A DNA stretch of 30,569 nucleotides from a virus (lineage: Duplodnaviria; Caudoviricetes). The stretch's first letter is position 1. Every line of letters starts with the position of its first letter. The DNA is taken from IMG/VR virus record IMGVR_UViG_3300028599_000016, positions 1-30,569 of that record; one strand, given 5' to 3'. The notes beneath the pieces were generated by a model. It did no database searches, was not told the DNA's origin, and saw only the letters and a program-made list of their open reading frames with translations. Below, in pieces: positions 1 to 9,561 of this stretch. Position numbers and translations under genes: made by a program.

Positions 1-1
1 C

Positions 2-835
2 CTCAAATATACCTTCTGCAGCTAACTTGTTAACAACATATCTTCTTTCATTTGACAGAGCGCCACTTGAATAAGATTGTCTACCAGTTGTTCTAAGCTC
101 TTCATATCTTTCTTGGTAAGCTTCTATGAATTCTGGATCATCAGGTGGTACATCAGGGAAGTTCTGTTTAGTTTCATTGAAAGCTTGGATATTCATCTTA
201 TCAGTAGGTAAACCAACAGAAACTAACATCTCTTTTGTCTTAACTAATGTCTGTCTCTCAATCTCCCGTTGAGTGGCATAGTCATTATAACCACCAGCGA
301 ACTGTTTCAAAGCATCCATGTCACCAAAACTAACAGTACCATCTTTCTGAGTAATCTTAACGTACGAGCCCTTTACATCAGGATCTTCTAAGATCAACTT
401 CTGATGTGCTTTACTCACACCCCAGTCATCCATCATTGGAATGTCTGTAGTATTGATTCTATCTACACGTGACACACCACTAAAGAGTGAAGCACCACGA
501 GCATCAAGGTCTGTGAGCAACTGGTTAAAGTGCTTCGTATCAAACTTGTCAGCATCATACCGTTGAAAAGCTTGATATGTGCTTTGTAAATTTTGATTCC
601 TCTTTGCTTGCTTCAATTCACCAAGAGCAAGTTCTAGCTGTTGACTCTGAATCTCAGATTGATTCTGATAGTCTTGCTCTGTAGGTCTTGTCTTCTGCAA
701 CATCTTAAGTTGCTGATCAGACTTCTCTTTTGAAGCATAAGCTTCTGACCGTGATGCGAAGGTCTCAGGCGACATACCTCGAGACATTGCTTGAGCACCA
801 GCGGCTCCTTTATAACTACTTGCTAAGCTGCTCAT
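2..835 (-). CDS. Putative internal virion/ejection protein, runs off the left edge (partial)
   Basis: Not in the ORF track. ATG at 835 overlaps the upstream TGA (ATGA). Reads MSSLASSYKGAAGAQAMSRGMSPETF..., Q/A-rich and helical. Position after the nozzle and gp7-like gene fits an ejection protein. Confidence 0.65.
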   Translation of the reverse strand, partial: MSSLASSYKGAAGAQAMSRGMSPETFASRSEAYASKEKSDQQLKMLQKTRPTEQDYQNQSEIQSQQLELALGELKQAKRNQNLQSTYQAFQRYDADKFDTKHFNQLLTDLDARGASLFSGVSRVDRINTTDIPMMDDWGVSKAHQKLILEDPDVKGSYVKITQKDGTVSFGDMDALKQFAGGYNDYATQREIERQTLVKTKEMLVSVGLPTDKMNIQAFNETKQNFPDVPPDDPEFIEAYQERYEELRTTGRQSYSSGALSNERRYVVNKLAAEGIFE

Positions 836-1482
836 CCTACTACATCTCCTGTATCTGGGTTAGCTTTTTTCGCTCTATGTGCTGCATACTTATCTAAACC
901 AGCTTGTGCTAATTGTGTGACTGAATCAACTACTGCACCTGTCGCAATACCAGCATTCTGTGCTGTCTGTTGTTCAAGACCCGCTGATCGTGTCTGCTCG
1001 CCACTTAATGCTTTACGCATGCCTTCATCTGGGTTCTGACCTAATCCAACAGATAAGAAAGCTGATTGCTCTTTTGCTATTTCCATTGGAGCCTCTGCTC
1101 TAATCCTAGCACGTGCTTCAGCTGAGTTAATGGCTATATTACTTTCAATCTGTGCTGTCATGCCACTCATATCAACATTACGTTGTGCCATACTCTCACT
1201 GAAGTTCTTCATTGAGATTGCTTTCTCTTTCTCAAAGTTCGCTAACCCTTTAGCTATTTTAAGAGTTGGCGTTAGTGTTTCATAGTAAGCAGACAAGCGG
1301 TCTTCAACACCGCCGTAAGTCTCTTCCCATTCAGCTAGCTTTTCTTCTTCAAAAGCCATTCTACGCTCGTCTGCTGCATCAGCTCTTTTATCTGCTCTCT
1401 TAGCAGATTTAGATGCTTTGTTTGATGCATATACAGTACCGGCTAAACCAAGCGCGGCACCACCTACTACTGCAACTGTCAT
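832..1482 (-). CDS. Putative DNA injection/internal virion protein (P22 gp7-like position)
   Basis: Gly/Ala-rich hydrophobic N-terminus (VAVVGGAALGLAG) followed by SNKASKSAK and a coiled-coil, typical of podoviral ejection proteins. Confidence 0.6.
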   Translation of the reverse strand: MTVAVVGGAALGLAGTVYASNKASKSAKRADKRADAADERRMAFEEEKLAEWEETYGGVEDRLSAYYETLTPTLKIAKGLANFEKEKAISMKNFSESMAQRNVDMSGMTAQIESNIAINSAEARARIRAEAPMEIAKEQSAFLSVGLGQNPDEGMRKALSGEQTRSAGLEQQTAQNAGIATGAVVDSVTQLAQAGLDKYAAHRAKKANPDTGDVVG

Positions 1483-1889
1483 GATAATGCCTCCAGTGCT
1501 TCATATGAGGGAGCAGTATGCTCATCCTCTAATTGTTTAATATCTGTGATGTCATTCTTGTTAGGATGTATACTAGCATACCATACATCAGTAATAGCAT
1601 AACCAGCTTTCCTGCCTGTCTTTGACTTAAAGATGAACGGAGCTTCAGCTACTATCTTTTCACCAAAATCATTGACAACTGAAACAGTACCTTTAAGTAC
1701 TATATTCAATGCTTCATGTTTGTGATGTGCACCAACTAACACATGACCTTTAGGAATGAACAATGTACGCAAGTATACTCCAGGTGCAAAGAAGTGATCT
1801 GTGTATTCTCGCATGTCTGTTGTAATTGCAGGTACACTTTCTAATGCAGTCTGTAAGTTAGTTATTGTGTTAATTGCTAAATTGTTCAT
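1479..1889 (-). CDS. Cupin-fold phage protein
   Basis: HFFAPGVYLRTLFIPKG..VGAHHKHE.LNIVLKG cupin-like motif with a His cluster. Confidence 0.65.
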   Translation of the reverse strand: MNNLAINTITNLQTALESVPAITTDMREYTDHFFAPGVYLRTLFIPKGHVLVGAHHKHEALNIVLKGTVSVVNDFGEKIVAEAPFIFKSKTGRKAGYAITDVWYASIHPNKNDITDIKQLEDEHTAPSYEALEALS

Positions 1890-2335
1890 GTTGCTATAAT
1901 TCCCGTACCTCGTAATGCTGTTAATAAGTTGTTGAACTTTTCTGCATTAGCTACTTCTCTTGCATCTAACGCTTCAACTTCTGCTTTTGTCGGTGGACCA
2001 CTATATGTAAGAGGAGTTGTATTTGCATCAACTATAGTGTCTGGCGATTTAAGAGCATCAATCTGAGCTGTAGCTTCTTCTAATATCCCTGCTATAAGTT
2101 CAGAAGTAGCACTATCAGCGCTTAATGCACTTTCAACAATAGCGAGTACTTGTTTCTCAAGTGTGCTTAGTTCACTATTAGTTTTAAGTAAATCAGAAGC
2201 AGATACGTATGGATCACCACCACGTCTACCTAAGACTATGTCTATTTGTTCTACTAAGCGTACTAAGAACTGTCTAGTCTGCCCAGTCTCTTCTACTGTT
2301 GGTGGTACAGCAATTATTGATTCATTGGTTTGCAT
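1886..2335 (-). CDS. Hypothetical virion-associated protein
   Basis: 149-aa ORF overlapping both neighbours in the structural operon. Confidence 0.6.
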   Translation of the reverse strand: MQTNESIIAVPPTVEETGQTRQFLVRLVEQIDIVLGRRGGDPYVSASDLLKTNSELSTLEKQVLAIVESALSADSATSELIAGILEEATAQIDALKSPDTIVDANTTPLTYSGPPTKAEVEALDAREVANAEKFNNLLTALRGTGIIAT

Positions 2336-4184
2336 CGCCGTCCTTCCATTGTATCTCGTACACAGTACCAGTACCTCTTACTTCAAATTGTATAGAGTAA
2401 CCTTGACTTAGTTTCTCTGGTACTTTAATTTGGTGGTTACCATAGTTAGTTTCTAATACTCTAGTAGCTACTAGTGTCTTGTCTATATAAATGTCTACAG
2501 TTAGTTCACCTTCACTAAAGACATAGATGTTCTTGTACATTTTAGGTATTGAGAATGCTCTACCTATATATTCTGGTGAACGGTAAACTAATGGTAACAG
2601 TGTTGCGGATGACTCAAGTTCATGAAGTGCACTGGCAGTATAACCATACAACACATCATTAGCTTTATTGAAAGCTTCTATGTTGTATTGTGTATTCTTA
2701 ATAACATTACGACCTAAGTCAATTAACCAGCTTTGATCGTCTGTAGCTAAGTAGTATCGCTCATCATACACTACAGCATTAACACTTGTTGATAAGTCAA
2801 TCTTATCTAATGCCTTACGGGTCACTACTTGCACTTGACCGCCGTTAGATATACATATACCGTCTGTACTAACCCACCAAGCTGCACCATCAATATTAAC
2901 TACTGTGTCGCCATTGATACAACCTTGACTACCAGTTAATAACTGTTGAGCTAGTGACAAAGGACCAGAGCCAGTGACTAACCAAGTTTCAAACTCATTA
3001 AACACTAATACACCCATCTGTGTCTTAGCTAGTCCTGTGATTGTTCTTGGAAAATCTAAGAAGTACGTTTGAGGCCAGCTGTTAGGTTCACCAATAGGAG
3101 TAAACCTTAATTTATCTCCATCAGCTGCAAACAACATTGAGTAAGACTCCATCATCCAATGTATGTTTTCAGGTGGTGGATAGTTGCCTTCTGAGTCCAG
3201 CAATGTACCATCTATCTCATCATCAGCTAATGAATCAACATATTGTGTTACACCAATGGCTAGATCTGTAACTCTAGTAAATGTTGTTAGTGCACCACCA
3301 ATGCGATACAATCTCTTTAAATCTACTTGAGGATCAGCGACTGGCACTTCAAGATTAGATACAGTTATAATACCATTCTCTACTTCTATTTCTTCAGAAA
3401 TGACTGGTACAGACTCTGTGCTATCTACTGTATTGAACCAAGTTAATGCATACTGATATACACCATCTAAGCTAGATGGTAAGTAGTTTGCTATCTCATC
3501 ATTAGCGCTAATGTCGTATATCTGATCATAAAATATTATTGGTACGCCTTCATATACCTTACGCCAGTAGTTATCAAACAACCTAAATATAGCTATAGTC
3601 GTATCAACATTCGTATCTTCAACTGTTACTCGTATATCATTAGTTAAGTACTCTGGGTCACCTTCATTATATACACTTGTCACTTCTACTTTAAAGATAT
3701 TATCGGAAGGGTAATATGAGCCAGAGGCAGTTATATTAACTACTCTGTATTGTAGGTTAATGCCTGCAGGAATATCGCCAGCTACAGCTGTATTTGGAAA
3801 CAAGTCAACTCGTGTAATCTGTGACTGACTTGGAGCTTCATCACTAACTACACCTGTAGGTATTACTGTAGGACCTACTATACCCATCAACCAGTTATTA
3901 CCGTCTACAATCTTAGTACTAAAGCCTGTACGATTGCCAATATACAAACGCTCTTGAAACTCTACCCAATCCTTAGGATCATCACTAAAATACCAAGCTA
4001 ACTCAGTCGTAAAGAAGTGACCCCATTTCTTAGCATTAAGTACAGCTTCTGTCTTGTCGTGCAGAGGTGTAATCATACCAGAGACGTGATCCATGTTCTG
4101 ATTAACAACACTTTCCTTATCTGCAATCAAATGAGCAGCAGGTGCTACATTTAATCCACCATTGAATACACTAATCTTAGGCAT
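2322..4184 (-). CDS. Putative tail nozzle/stabilisation protein (tail tubular B / P22 gp10-like)
   Basis: 620 aa, N-terminal F.GGLN, beta-rich propeller-like segments (LRFTPIGEPNSWP, GCINGDTVV, WWVSTDGIC). Lies just upstream of the internal virion genes. Confidence 0.65.
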   Translation of the reverse strand: MPKISVFNGGLNVAPAAHLIADKESVVNQNMDHVSGMITPLHDKTEAVLNAKKWGHFFTTELAWYFSDDPKDWVEFQERLYIGNRTGFSTKIVDGNNWLMGIVGPTVIPTGVVSDEAPSQSQITRVDLFPNTAVAGDIPAGINLQYRVVNITASGSYYPSDNIFKVEVTSVYNEGDPEYLTNDIRVTVEDTNVDTTIAIFRLFDNYWRKVYEGVPIIFYDQIYDISANDEIANYLPSSLDGVYQYALTWFNTVDSTESVPVISEEIEVENGIITVSNLEVPVADPQVDLKRLYRIGGALTTFTRVTDLAIGVTQYVDSLADDEIDGTLLDSEGNYPPPENIHWMMESYSMLFAADGDKLRFTPIGEPNSWPQTYFLDFPRTITGLAKTQMGVLVFNEFETWLVTGSGPLSLAQQLLTGSQGCINGDTVVNIDGAAWWVSTDGICISNGGQVQVVTRKALDKIDLSTSVNAVVYDERYYLATDDQSWLIDLGRNVIKNTQYNIEAFNKANDVLYGYTASALHELESSATLLPLVYRSPEYIGRAFSIPKMYKNIYVFSEGELTVDIYIDKTLVATRVLETNYGNHQIKVPEKLSQGYSIQFEVRGTGTVYEIQWKDGDANQ

Positions 4185-4708
4185 TACGTTATAAACTCCA
4201 CAACTCTATTCATCCAAAACTGTAAGTTAGGATTTTTGAAATCATGGCTGTGTGGACCATGACTAGCAAGATTAGTGACTCTCCTAGATTTAAACCCACG
4301 AGCTCCAGCTAATCCAAATGGATGGTACAAAGCTAATGAACCAGCTATAATCGTGTAATCTTGTGGTGAGTAGATGCAATACAATTCTGTAAGGATGCTT
4401 ACCTTAGCGAATCTATGCCAGCGACTCATAGCAGGGCGAAACATAAATATAGCCCTGAAGTTTATAGCTTTAGCTGCAATTACTGTCTTAAGACAGCCGT
4501 AGCTATGGCATATTACTACGTCACCATCTTTAGCTACCTCAATAATATCTAAAGCATCGCGGTGAGCATGAAATCGTGCTCCCCAAGCTGATCGTACAGG
4601 TTGGTTAAGATCATGTACGTCAAAACCTTTCATTCTCAAATTGTCTAAAGCAAGATCAGTAGAACCTCTACCATCAGACCTTATACCGTTTACACCAATA
4701 ATCTTCAT
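4184..4708 (-). CDS. Small alpha/beta-hydrolase (serine esterase/lipase-like)
   Basis: N-terminal VNGI oxyanion-like strand, nucleophile elbow VICHSYG, YSPQD and C-terminal GPHS match the Ser-Asp-His order. Confidence 0.7.
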   Translation of the reverse strand: MKIIGVNGIRSDGRGSTDLALDNLRMKGFDVHDLNQPVRSAWGARFHAHRDALDIIEVAKDGDVVICHSYGCLKTVIAAKAINFRAIFMFRPAMSRWHRFAKVSILTELYCIYSPQDYTIIAGSLALYHPFGLAGARGFKSRRVTNLASHGPHSHDFKNPNLQFWMNRVVEFIT

Positions 4709-5022
4709 AGTGGTAACCTCTTTGGATCATATTCAACATGGATGTGATCATCTTCATTTAGTACTTGATAATTTATACCTAACTCATGAAGTATCTTTTG
4801 GCAGTAGGCAGTGATATCGTTAGGTATCTCCCATACACGAATATCAAATGCAAAGCCTTTATAATGTAGACTATAGTCAGAGTGTACACCATCTTTAGCA
4901 GAGGTGATTACAAAGGATATATCGTTTGCATCAAAGATACGAGCACAGACATCAATAGCAAACAATGTCTCTTGTTGTAGCCCAAACAAACATACGCCTT
5001 TCTTAAATGATACTTTACGCAT
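4705..5022 (-). CDS. Peptidase M15-like (Hedgehog/DD-peptidase fold) endolysin candidate
   Basis: ITS..D..H...SLHYKGFAFDIR ... DHIHVEY zinc-peptidase motifs (H-x6-D and HxH). Confidence 0.78.
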   Translation of the reverse strand: MRKVSFKKGVCLFGLQQETLFAIDVCARIFDANDISFVITSAKDGVHSDYSLHYKGFAFDIRVWEIPNDITAYCQKILHELGINYQVLNEDDHIHVEYDPKRLPL

Positions 5023-5357
5023 TATGGTCCACCGTGGTTAGTAACACTTTCTGCATGTCTGTCAACCTTATTCTCTATGCGGATTAGCTGTTGCTTTATT
5101 TCACCAAACCTTTCTGTTGCTAACCTCTGTTCATGTACAGCATCTTCTTTAAGATTAGCAACCTGAATATCAGTAACTATAGTATGTGTAATCACAGCTT
5201 GTTCAACTTTAGTCACTCTAGCTTCAATAGCCCACATTATTGCGCCTATGGCAATAATAAAACTTACAGTTGTAAATATGTGTGCTAAACTGATACGTTT
5301 ATCTAAGTGCCAGCCTTGTGTTATCGGTTTATCAGCATCGTGTTTTATCACATTCAC
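5022..5357 (-). CDS. Single-TM membrane protein, holin-like
   Basis: One hydrophobic segment (HIFTTVSFIIAIGAIMWAI) plus a coiled-coil tail, directly upstream of the M15 peptidase. Confidence 0.5.
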   Translation of the reverse strand: MNVIKHDADKPITQGWHLDKRISLAHIFTTVSFIIAIGAIMWAIEARVTKVEQAVITHTIVTDIQVANLKEDAVHEQRLATERFGEIKQQLIRIENKVDRHAESVTNHGGP

Positions 5358-5373
5358 TATTCCATATTCCCTT

Positions 5374-7779
5374 TTAGTTCACAACAAATATTCGTCTTGT
5401 TATTCCACCACGAATTATAAAAGATTCATTCGCAGCTACACCTATAACTTCTGTATCGCATCTAACAGTTCTGTGACGTTTAACAACAGCATCATTATCT
5501 ATTATATCAATAGTCTCTATAATACCTAATACATTACGTGATCCTGACCTAATGACAGTGGCATCATTATCTGTAATGGTAATGATTTCCGTAATGCCTG
5601 TAACAACACGATCGGTGGCACGTGTTACAATAGCATCATTATCTGTAATATCAATCGTTTCTGTAATACCTAGAACAATACGATCAGTAGTTACAGTAGC
5701 ATCATTATCTTCAATTATAATATCGTCTGTAATACCTACAACATTACGTGATCTATTGATATTAGAATCATTAGTAATAAAATCAACAGTTTCTGTAATG
5801 CCAGTAACAGTGCGATCAACACCACGTGTTATAATTGCATCATTATCTATAACGTCAATAGTATCTGTTATACCGCTAACATTACGTGATCTATTGATAG
5901 TAGCATCATTGTCTATAACATCAATAGTATCTGTAATACTTGTTACATCACGAGTCCTATTGATAGTTGCATCATTGTCAACAATATCAATAGTATCTGT
6001 AATACCAATAACACTACGATCAACACCACGAGTTACTATTGCATCATTATCTACTATATCGATAGTGTCTGTAATACCAATAACAATACGATCAGTGGTA
6101 CGTGTTACAACTGCATCATTATCTACTATATCGATAGTGTCTGTTATGCTACTAACAATACGAGATTTATTTACAGTAGCATCATTATCTACTATATCAA
6201 TAGTATCTGTGATACCTGTTACATCGCGAGTCCTATTGATAGTTGCATCATTGTCAACAATATCAATAGTATCTGTAATACCAATAACATTACGAGACCT
6301 ATTGATAGTTGCATCATTATCTACTATATCAATGGTATCTGTGATACCAGTAATAATGCGATCAGTGGCACGTGTTACAATAGCATCGTTATCTACTATG
6401 TCGATAGTATCTGTAATACCAGTAACAATACGAGACCTATTGATAATTGCATCATTATCTACTATGTTAATGGTATCTGTAATACCAGTAACAGTACGAT
6501 CAGTAGAAAATGATACTATCGCATCATTAGTAACAATACTAATAGTTTCAGTTGTATCAACAACTGCAGTAACTTCTAATTCTACTTTGTGGATAGTGCA
6601 ACCAGTAGCACTACCAAAACCATAAACTTCAAGTTTTATACTATTGAGCTTATCCCACGTCCACCCACCTGAATGTTCATCAAGGATGTCCCAGTTCGAC
6701 CAGTCGGGAGTAGTTGTAACCGCAGAGAAAAAAGATAAAAGCGTATTATCCGTTTCACGTATCGACAAGGCCATACTAGGCGAAACTTCTGCCCAGTAAA
6801 CCCTCGTTCGTACTTGGCTTATAGTCCCACCGAATGAAGGAGCAGTACAGCCAACAGCGTAAAGGTTAAAAGACGTGCCCGCCGCCGTGGCGAACGTTGC
6901 CGTACTTCCGTCTAGGGCATTGGTCGGATTAGTAACCTGATACGGAGTTTGTTGTGAAACATTGCCATCAAAGTAGTATGTATCTGTATCGCTAGATCCA
7001 GCAACTATTCTATCACGAGTAACAGTAGCATCATTATCTACTATTGTAATGGTATCTGTGATGCCTGTAACAATACGATTAGTAGCACGAGTAACAGTAG
7101 CATCGTTATCTGTAATAGTAATAACATCTGTGATACCAACGACAATACGAGATTTATTAACAGTAGCATCATTGTCTACTATATCAATAGTATCTGTAAT
7201 ACCTATTACATCGCGGGTTCTATTAATACTAGCATTGTTATCAACAACATCAACTGTATCTGTTATGCCTGTAACTGTTCTATTTGCTTGAGCTGTATAA
7301 TCAACTTCAAGCTCAAGAGCATCAACATCTAAATAGAAACCATCAGGACCTTTAGCCTTTGAGTAAGCAGATTGTATTAATGTTACAGTAGCTGCATTGT
7401 ACTGTGCTTCGGAGAATGTACCGACCGCAATTGATTTATCGGTGAAGCCGTTATTTTCATCAGCAGCAGTTGTATATTCTATATCGTAAGTACTACCACC
7501 AACATCTAGCCTAAATCTGTATGTTGTAGTATCACCACTACCTGGGTTTACAAGTCTTGCACGTACACGAAATGTAGCTGAATTAACTGTACCAAATGAT
7601 GCAAGATCTGATAATGCCCATATTGCATCATCATTTACTGCATCATCAACAATTGTATTATTAACTGAACCATCAGCAGAAGCAACTGTTTCATCAATTA
7701 ATGTATAATCATTAGTTGATAATATAATTACCGTACTAGTTGTCGCATTGGCATTAGGGACGAGTTTTTCTATAGCCAT
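5374..7779 (-). CDS. Long repetitive fibre/filament protein
   Basis: 801 aa with about 20-21 repeats of 22 or 24 aa (R.V.GITDTIDIVDNDA.I.R), an N-terminal globular domain and one inserted domain. Confidence 0.75.
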   Translation of the reverse strand: MAIEKLVPNANATTSTVIILSTNDYTLIDETVASADGSVNNTIVDDAVNDDAIWALSDLASFGTVNSATFRVRARLVNPGSGDTTTYRFRLDVGGSTYDIEYTTAADENNGFTDKSIAVGTFSEAQYNAATVTLIQSAYSKAKGPDGFYLDVDALELEVDYTAQANRTVTGITDTVDVVDNNASINRTRDVIGITDTIDIVDNDATVNKSRIVVGITDVITITDNDATVTRATNRIVTGITDTITIVDNDATVTRDRIVAGSSDTDTYYFDGNVSQQTPYQVTNPTNALDGSTATFATAAGTSFNLYAVGCTAPSFGGTISQVRTRVYWAEVSPSMALSIRETDNTLLSFFSAVTTTPDWSNWDILDEHSGGWTWDKLNSIKLEVYGFGSATGCTIHKVELEVTAVVDTTETISIVTNDAIVSFSTDRTVTGITDTINIVDNDAIINRSRIVTGITDTIDIVDNDAIVTRATDRIITGITDTIDIVDNDATINRSRNVIGITDTIDIVDNDATINRTRDVTGITDTIDIVDNDATVNKSRIVSSITDTIDIVDNDAVVTRTTDRIVIGITDTIDIVDNDAIVTRGVDRSVIGITDTIDIVDNDATINRTRDVTSITDTIDVIDNDATINRSRNVSGITDTIDVIDNDAIITRGVDRTVTGITETVDFITNDSNINRSRNVVGITDDIIIEDNDATVTTDRIVLGITETIDITDNDAIVTRATDRVVTGITEIITITDNDATVIRSGSRNVLGIIETIDIIDNDAVVKRHRTVRCDTEVIGVAANESFIIRGGITRRIFVVN
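5410..7285 (-). repeat. Degenerate coding tandem repeat (66/72-bp units), interrupted at about 6556-6996
   Basis: Recurrent GCATCATT(A/G)TC and GTATCTGT(A/G)AT motifs on the + strand that match the protein repeat. Confidence 0.9.
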
Positions 7780-8057
7780 CTCTCGCTCCCATGATCTGCT
7801 TTCTCAACACCAAAACCACATTCAAAACACTTTGTGAATGGTTTATCAGGCCAATCACGACAGTTAATACCATCAGTTAGTTTCGGTGCTACATCACGTT
7901 GGTATTCAGTAGACGCTAGAACAGCATCCCAGTCGCCTAGCTTACGGCGAAGACCACACACCCACTGACGATCAGTGAGTGTGTTTTCTTCAAGGTGTTT
8001 GCATACCTGACCTTCCAGCCAACAGCAATGTCCTTCACTTGTGCCGTAGCAAGGCAT
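7770..8057 (-). CDS. Cys-rich putative metal (Zn/Fe-S)-binding protein
   Basis: 8 Cys in 95 aa. The pattern CC..CKHL..C..CRDWP resembles YkgJ-type (CxxCxxCC) cysteine-cluster proteins. Confidence 0.55.
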   Translation of the reverse strand: MPCYGTSEGHCCWLEGQVCKHLEENTLTDRQWVCGLRRKLGDWDAVLASTEYQRDVAPKLTDGINCRDWPDKPFTKCFECGFGVEKADHGSERWL

Positions 8058-8066
8058 TAGCTACTC

Positions 8067-8543
8067 TTATGCACCTTGATCAGCAGTCGCAAACGGAGCA
8101 CCCCAAGAGATCGTAAGATCACCAGTTGTTCCATCAAACACACCACCAAGATCGACGTAACCAATACAATTCTTATTAGTAGCTGTATCTGAATAGATAA
8201 TGCCCCAATAGTTTGTAGTTGGGTTACCGGCGTTAATACCCCAAGTTGCAGGATCACCAAAGTCAATGTGAATTACACCACCAACAATAGAGACTGACGG
8301 AGTTGCAAGTGTCTGACCACCAGCAGGATAGTTACCACCAGACTGTTCATTAGTTGAGTAATTAACCGTACCACCAGCACCCCAGCATGGATCAACTGCT
8401 TCAGGGACCGGAACAATCGTATTATCTACAATTGCACACTTAATGACATCAGGAGTTGCACCTAAGTCAAATGGACATTCAGGACTACCTTTAAATGAAT
8501 AATTAATATATGAATCAAAAACTTTTACTGTACCTTGTGCCAT
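8067..8543 (-). CDS. Putative virion structural protein (fibre-associated)
   Basis: 158-aa beta-rich ORF (DL..D.IKCAIV, GNYPAGG..L, IGYVDLG, LTISW) next to the repeat fibre gene. Confidence 0.6.
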   Translation of the reverse strand: MAQGTVKVFDSYINYSFKGSPECPFDLGATPDVIKCAIVDNTIVPVPEAVDPCWGAGGTVNYSTNEQSGGNYPAGGQTLATPSVSIVGGVIHIDFGDPATWGINAGNPTTNYWGIIYSDTATNKNCIGYVDLGGVFDGTTGDLTISWGAPFATADQGA

Positions 8544-8545
8544 GA

Positions 8546-8929
8546 TTATGCCTCGCTATAAAATAAAGTTAACGCTAGTGAAACTACAGTACCTGTCTTA
8601 TTTGTAGTTTCTAACCATACGTGTGAATTAGCAGGGATGAGATTGCTAGTAAAAGCTATTACATCAATGCCTGTAGTTACTTCGGTAGTACCTGTGCCAC
8701 CAGCGATTAACTCTGTGCCAATAGCACTCCTATCTGTTCCGTACCGAAGTGTCCACCGAACAAAAGGAGTTGAACCAATTAGGATTGGTCGTATTTTAAG
8801 TATCTTAAGCGCCCTATCAGTATAGAAGAATGATATGTCTTCTGAAACCGTAGGATTTTCAACGGTAATAGCCTTATTGTTATTAGGGTTACCGGAACCG
8901 CAATGTAAATCTGATAATTTAATAGTCAT
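8546..8929 (-). CDS. Hypothetical structural protein
   Basis: 127-aa beta-rich ORF coupled to the upstream gene by an ATGA overlap. Confidence 0.6.
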   Translation of the reverse strand: MTIKLSDLHCGSGNPNNNKAITVENPTVSEDISFFYTDRALKILKIRPILIGSTPFVRWTLRYGTDRSAIGTELIAGGTGTTEVTTGIDVIAFTSNLIPANSHVWLETTNKTGTVVSLALTLFYSEA

Positions 8930-9561
8930 GATGTCTCAGAGCTTAATATTAGTTGTATGCGAAGTCCATAGTGCATACCAACATAATGTAAGTACGGCAC
9001 TGGAAGAAGAGTACCCATTTCATATTCAATTGTAAATCTATCTCTTTGCAACTTACTATATAATGTCCATGTACCACCACCATCTTCTTTAGTGTACCAT
9101 AAAGTCATATCACTAGGTGCAGACTGAGTAGCTCGTTTATCATCAAGCTGAATGACTGCTGATACTAATGTTGTACCTAAATCTTCTATTACTGTCTGAC
9201 CTAAACTAGTATCATACCAAAATAGATATGTATTACCAGCAACTTTCCATGTTATAGTAAGTCTTGCATTTTGATCAAAAGTAAAATTAATATCTGTAAT
9301 ACCAAACACAATTGTAACTAATGTAACAGGAGGTCCAGTCGTGTTAGGAGTTACTGTAATCTCGCCAGTAATCTTATTATACGTTAATGTCCATGGTTGG
9401 TAAAGCAGACCCTCAGAAGTATCTTCAATTGCTAGTGGACCCATCTCATGTGAAATTAGACGTTTGAAAGCTCTAGCTTCTGGAGGAAGGAACACATCCT
9501 CAACAGGCACTGTAGACAGTCTGCCTTGAATATCTAATGGGTTTTCTGCTGGTATAGCCAT
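8926..9561 (-). CDS. Putative tail-associated protein
   Basis: Start moved to ATG 9561 because of TAATG coupling. Beta-rich (GPLAIEDTSEGL, FTFDQNAR, KLQRDRF). Confidence 0.6.
   Translation of the reverse strand: MAIPAENPLDIQGRLSTVPVEDVFLPPEARAFKRLISHEMGPLAIEDTSEGLLYQPWTLTYNKITGEITVTPNTTGPPVTLVTIVFGITDINFTFDQNARLTITWKVAGNTYLFWYDTSLGQTVIEDLGTTLVSAVIQLDDKRATQSAPSDMTLWYTKEDGGGTWTLYSKLQRDRFTIEYEMGTLLPVPYLHYVGMHYGLRIQLILSSETS

Noticed and set aside
5552-7291. Plus-strand ORFs of 357 and 80 aa with repeated VASLS motifs
   Set aside because: Antisense shadows of the repeat fibre gene, whose codon pattern avoids stops on the opposite strand.
8057-8266. Hydrophobic 69-aa overlapping ORF as an embedded spanin or holin
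   Set aside because: Non-ATG start with no clear RBS, no lipobox, and almost wholly an alternate frame of 8067-8543.
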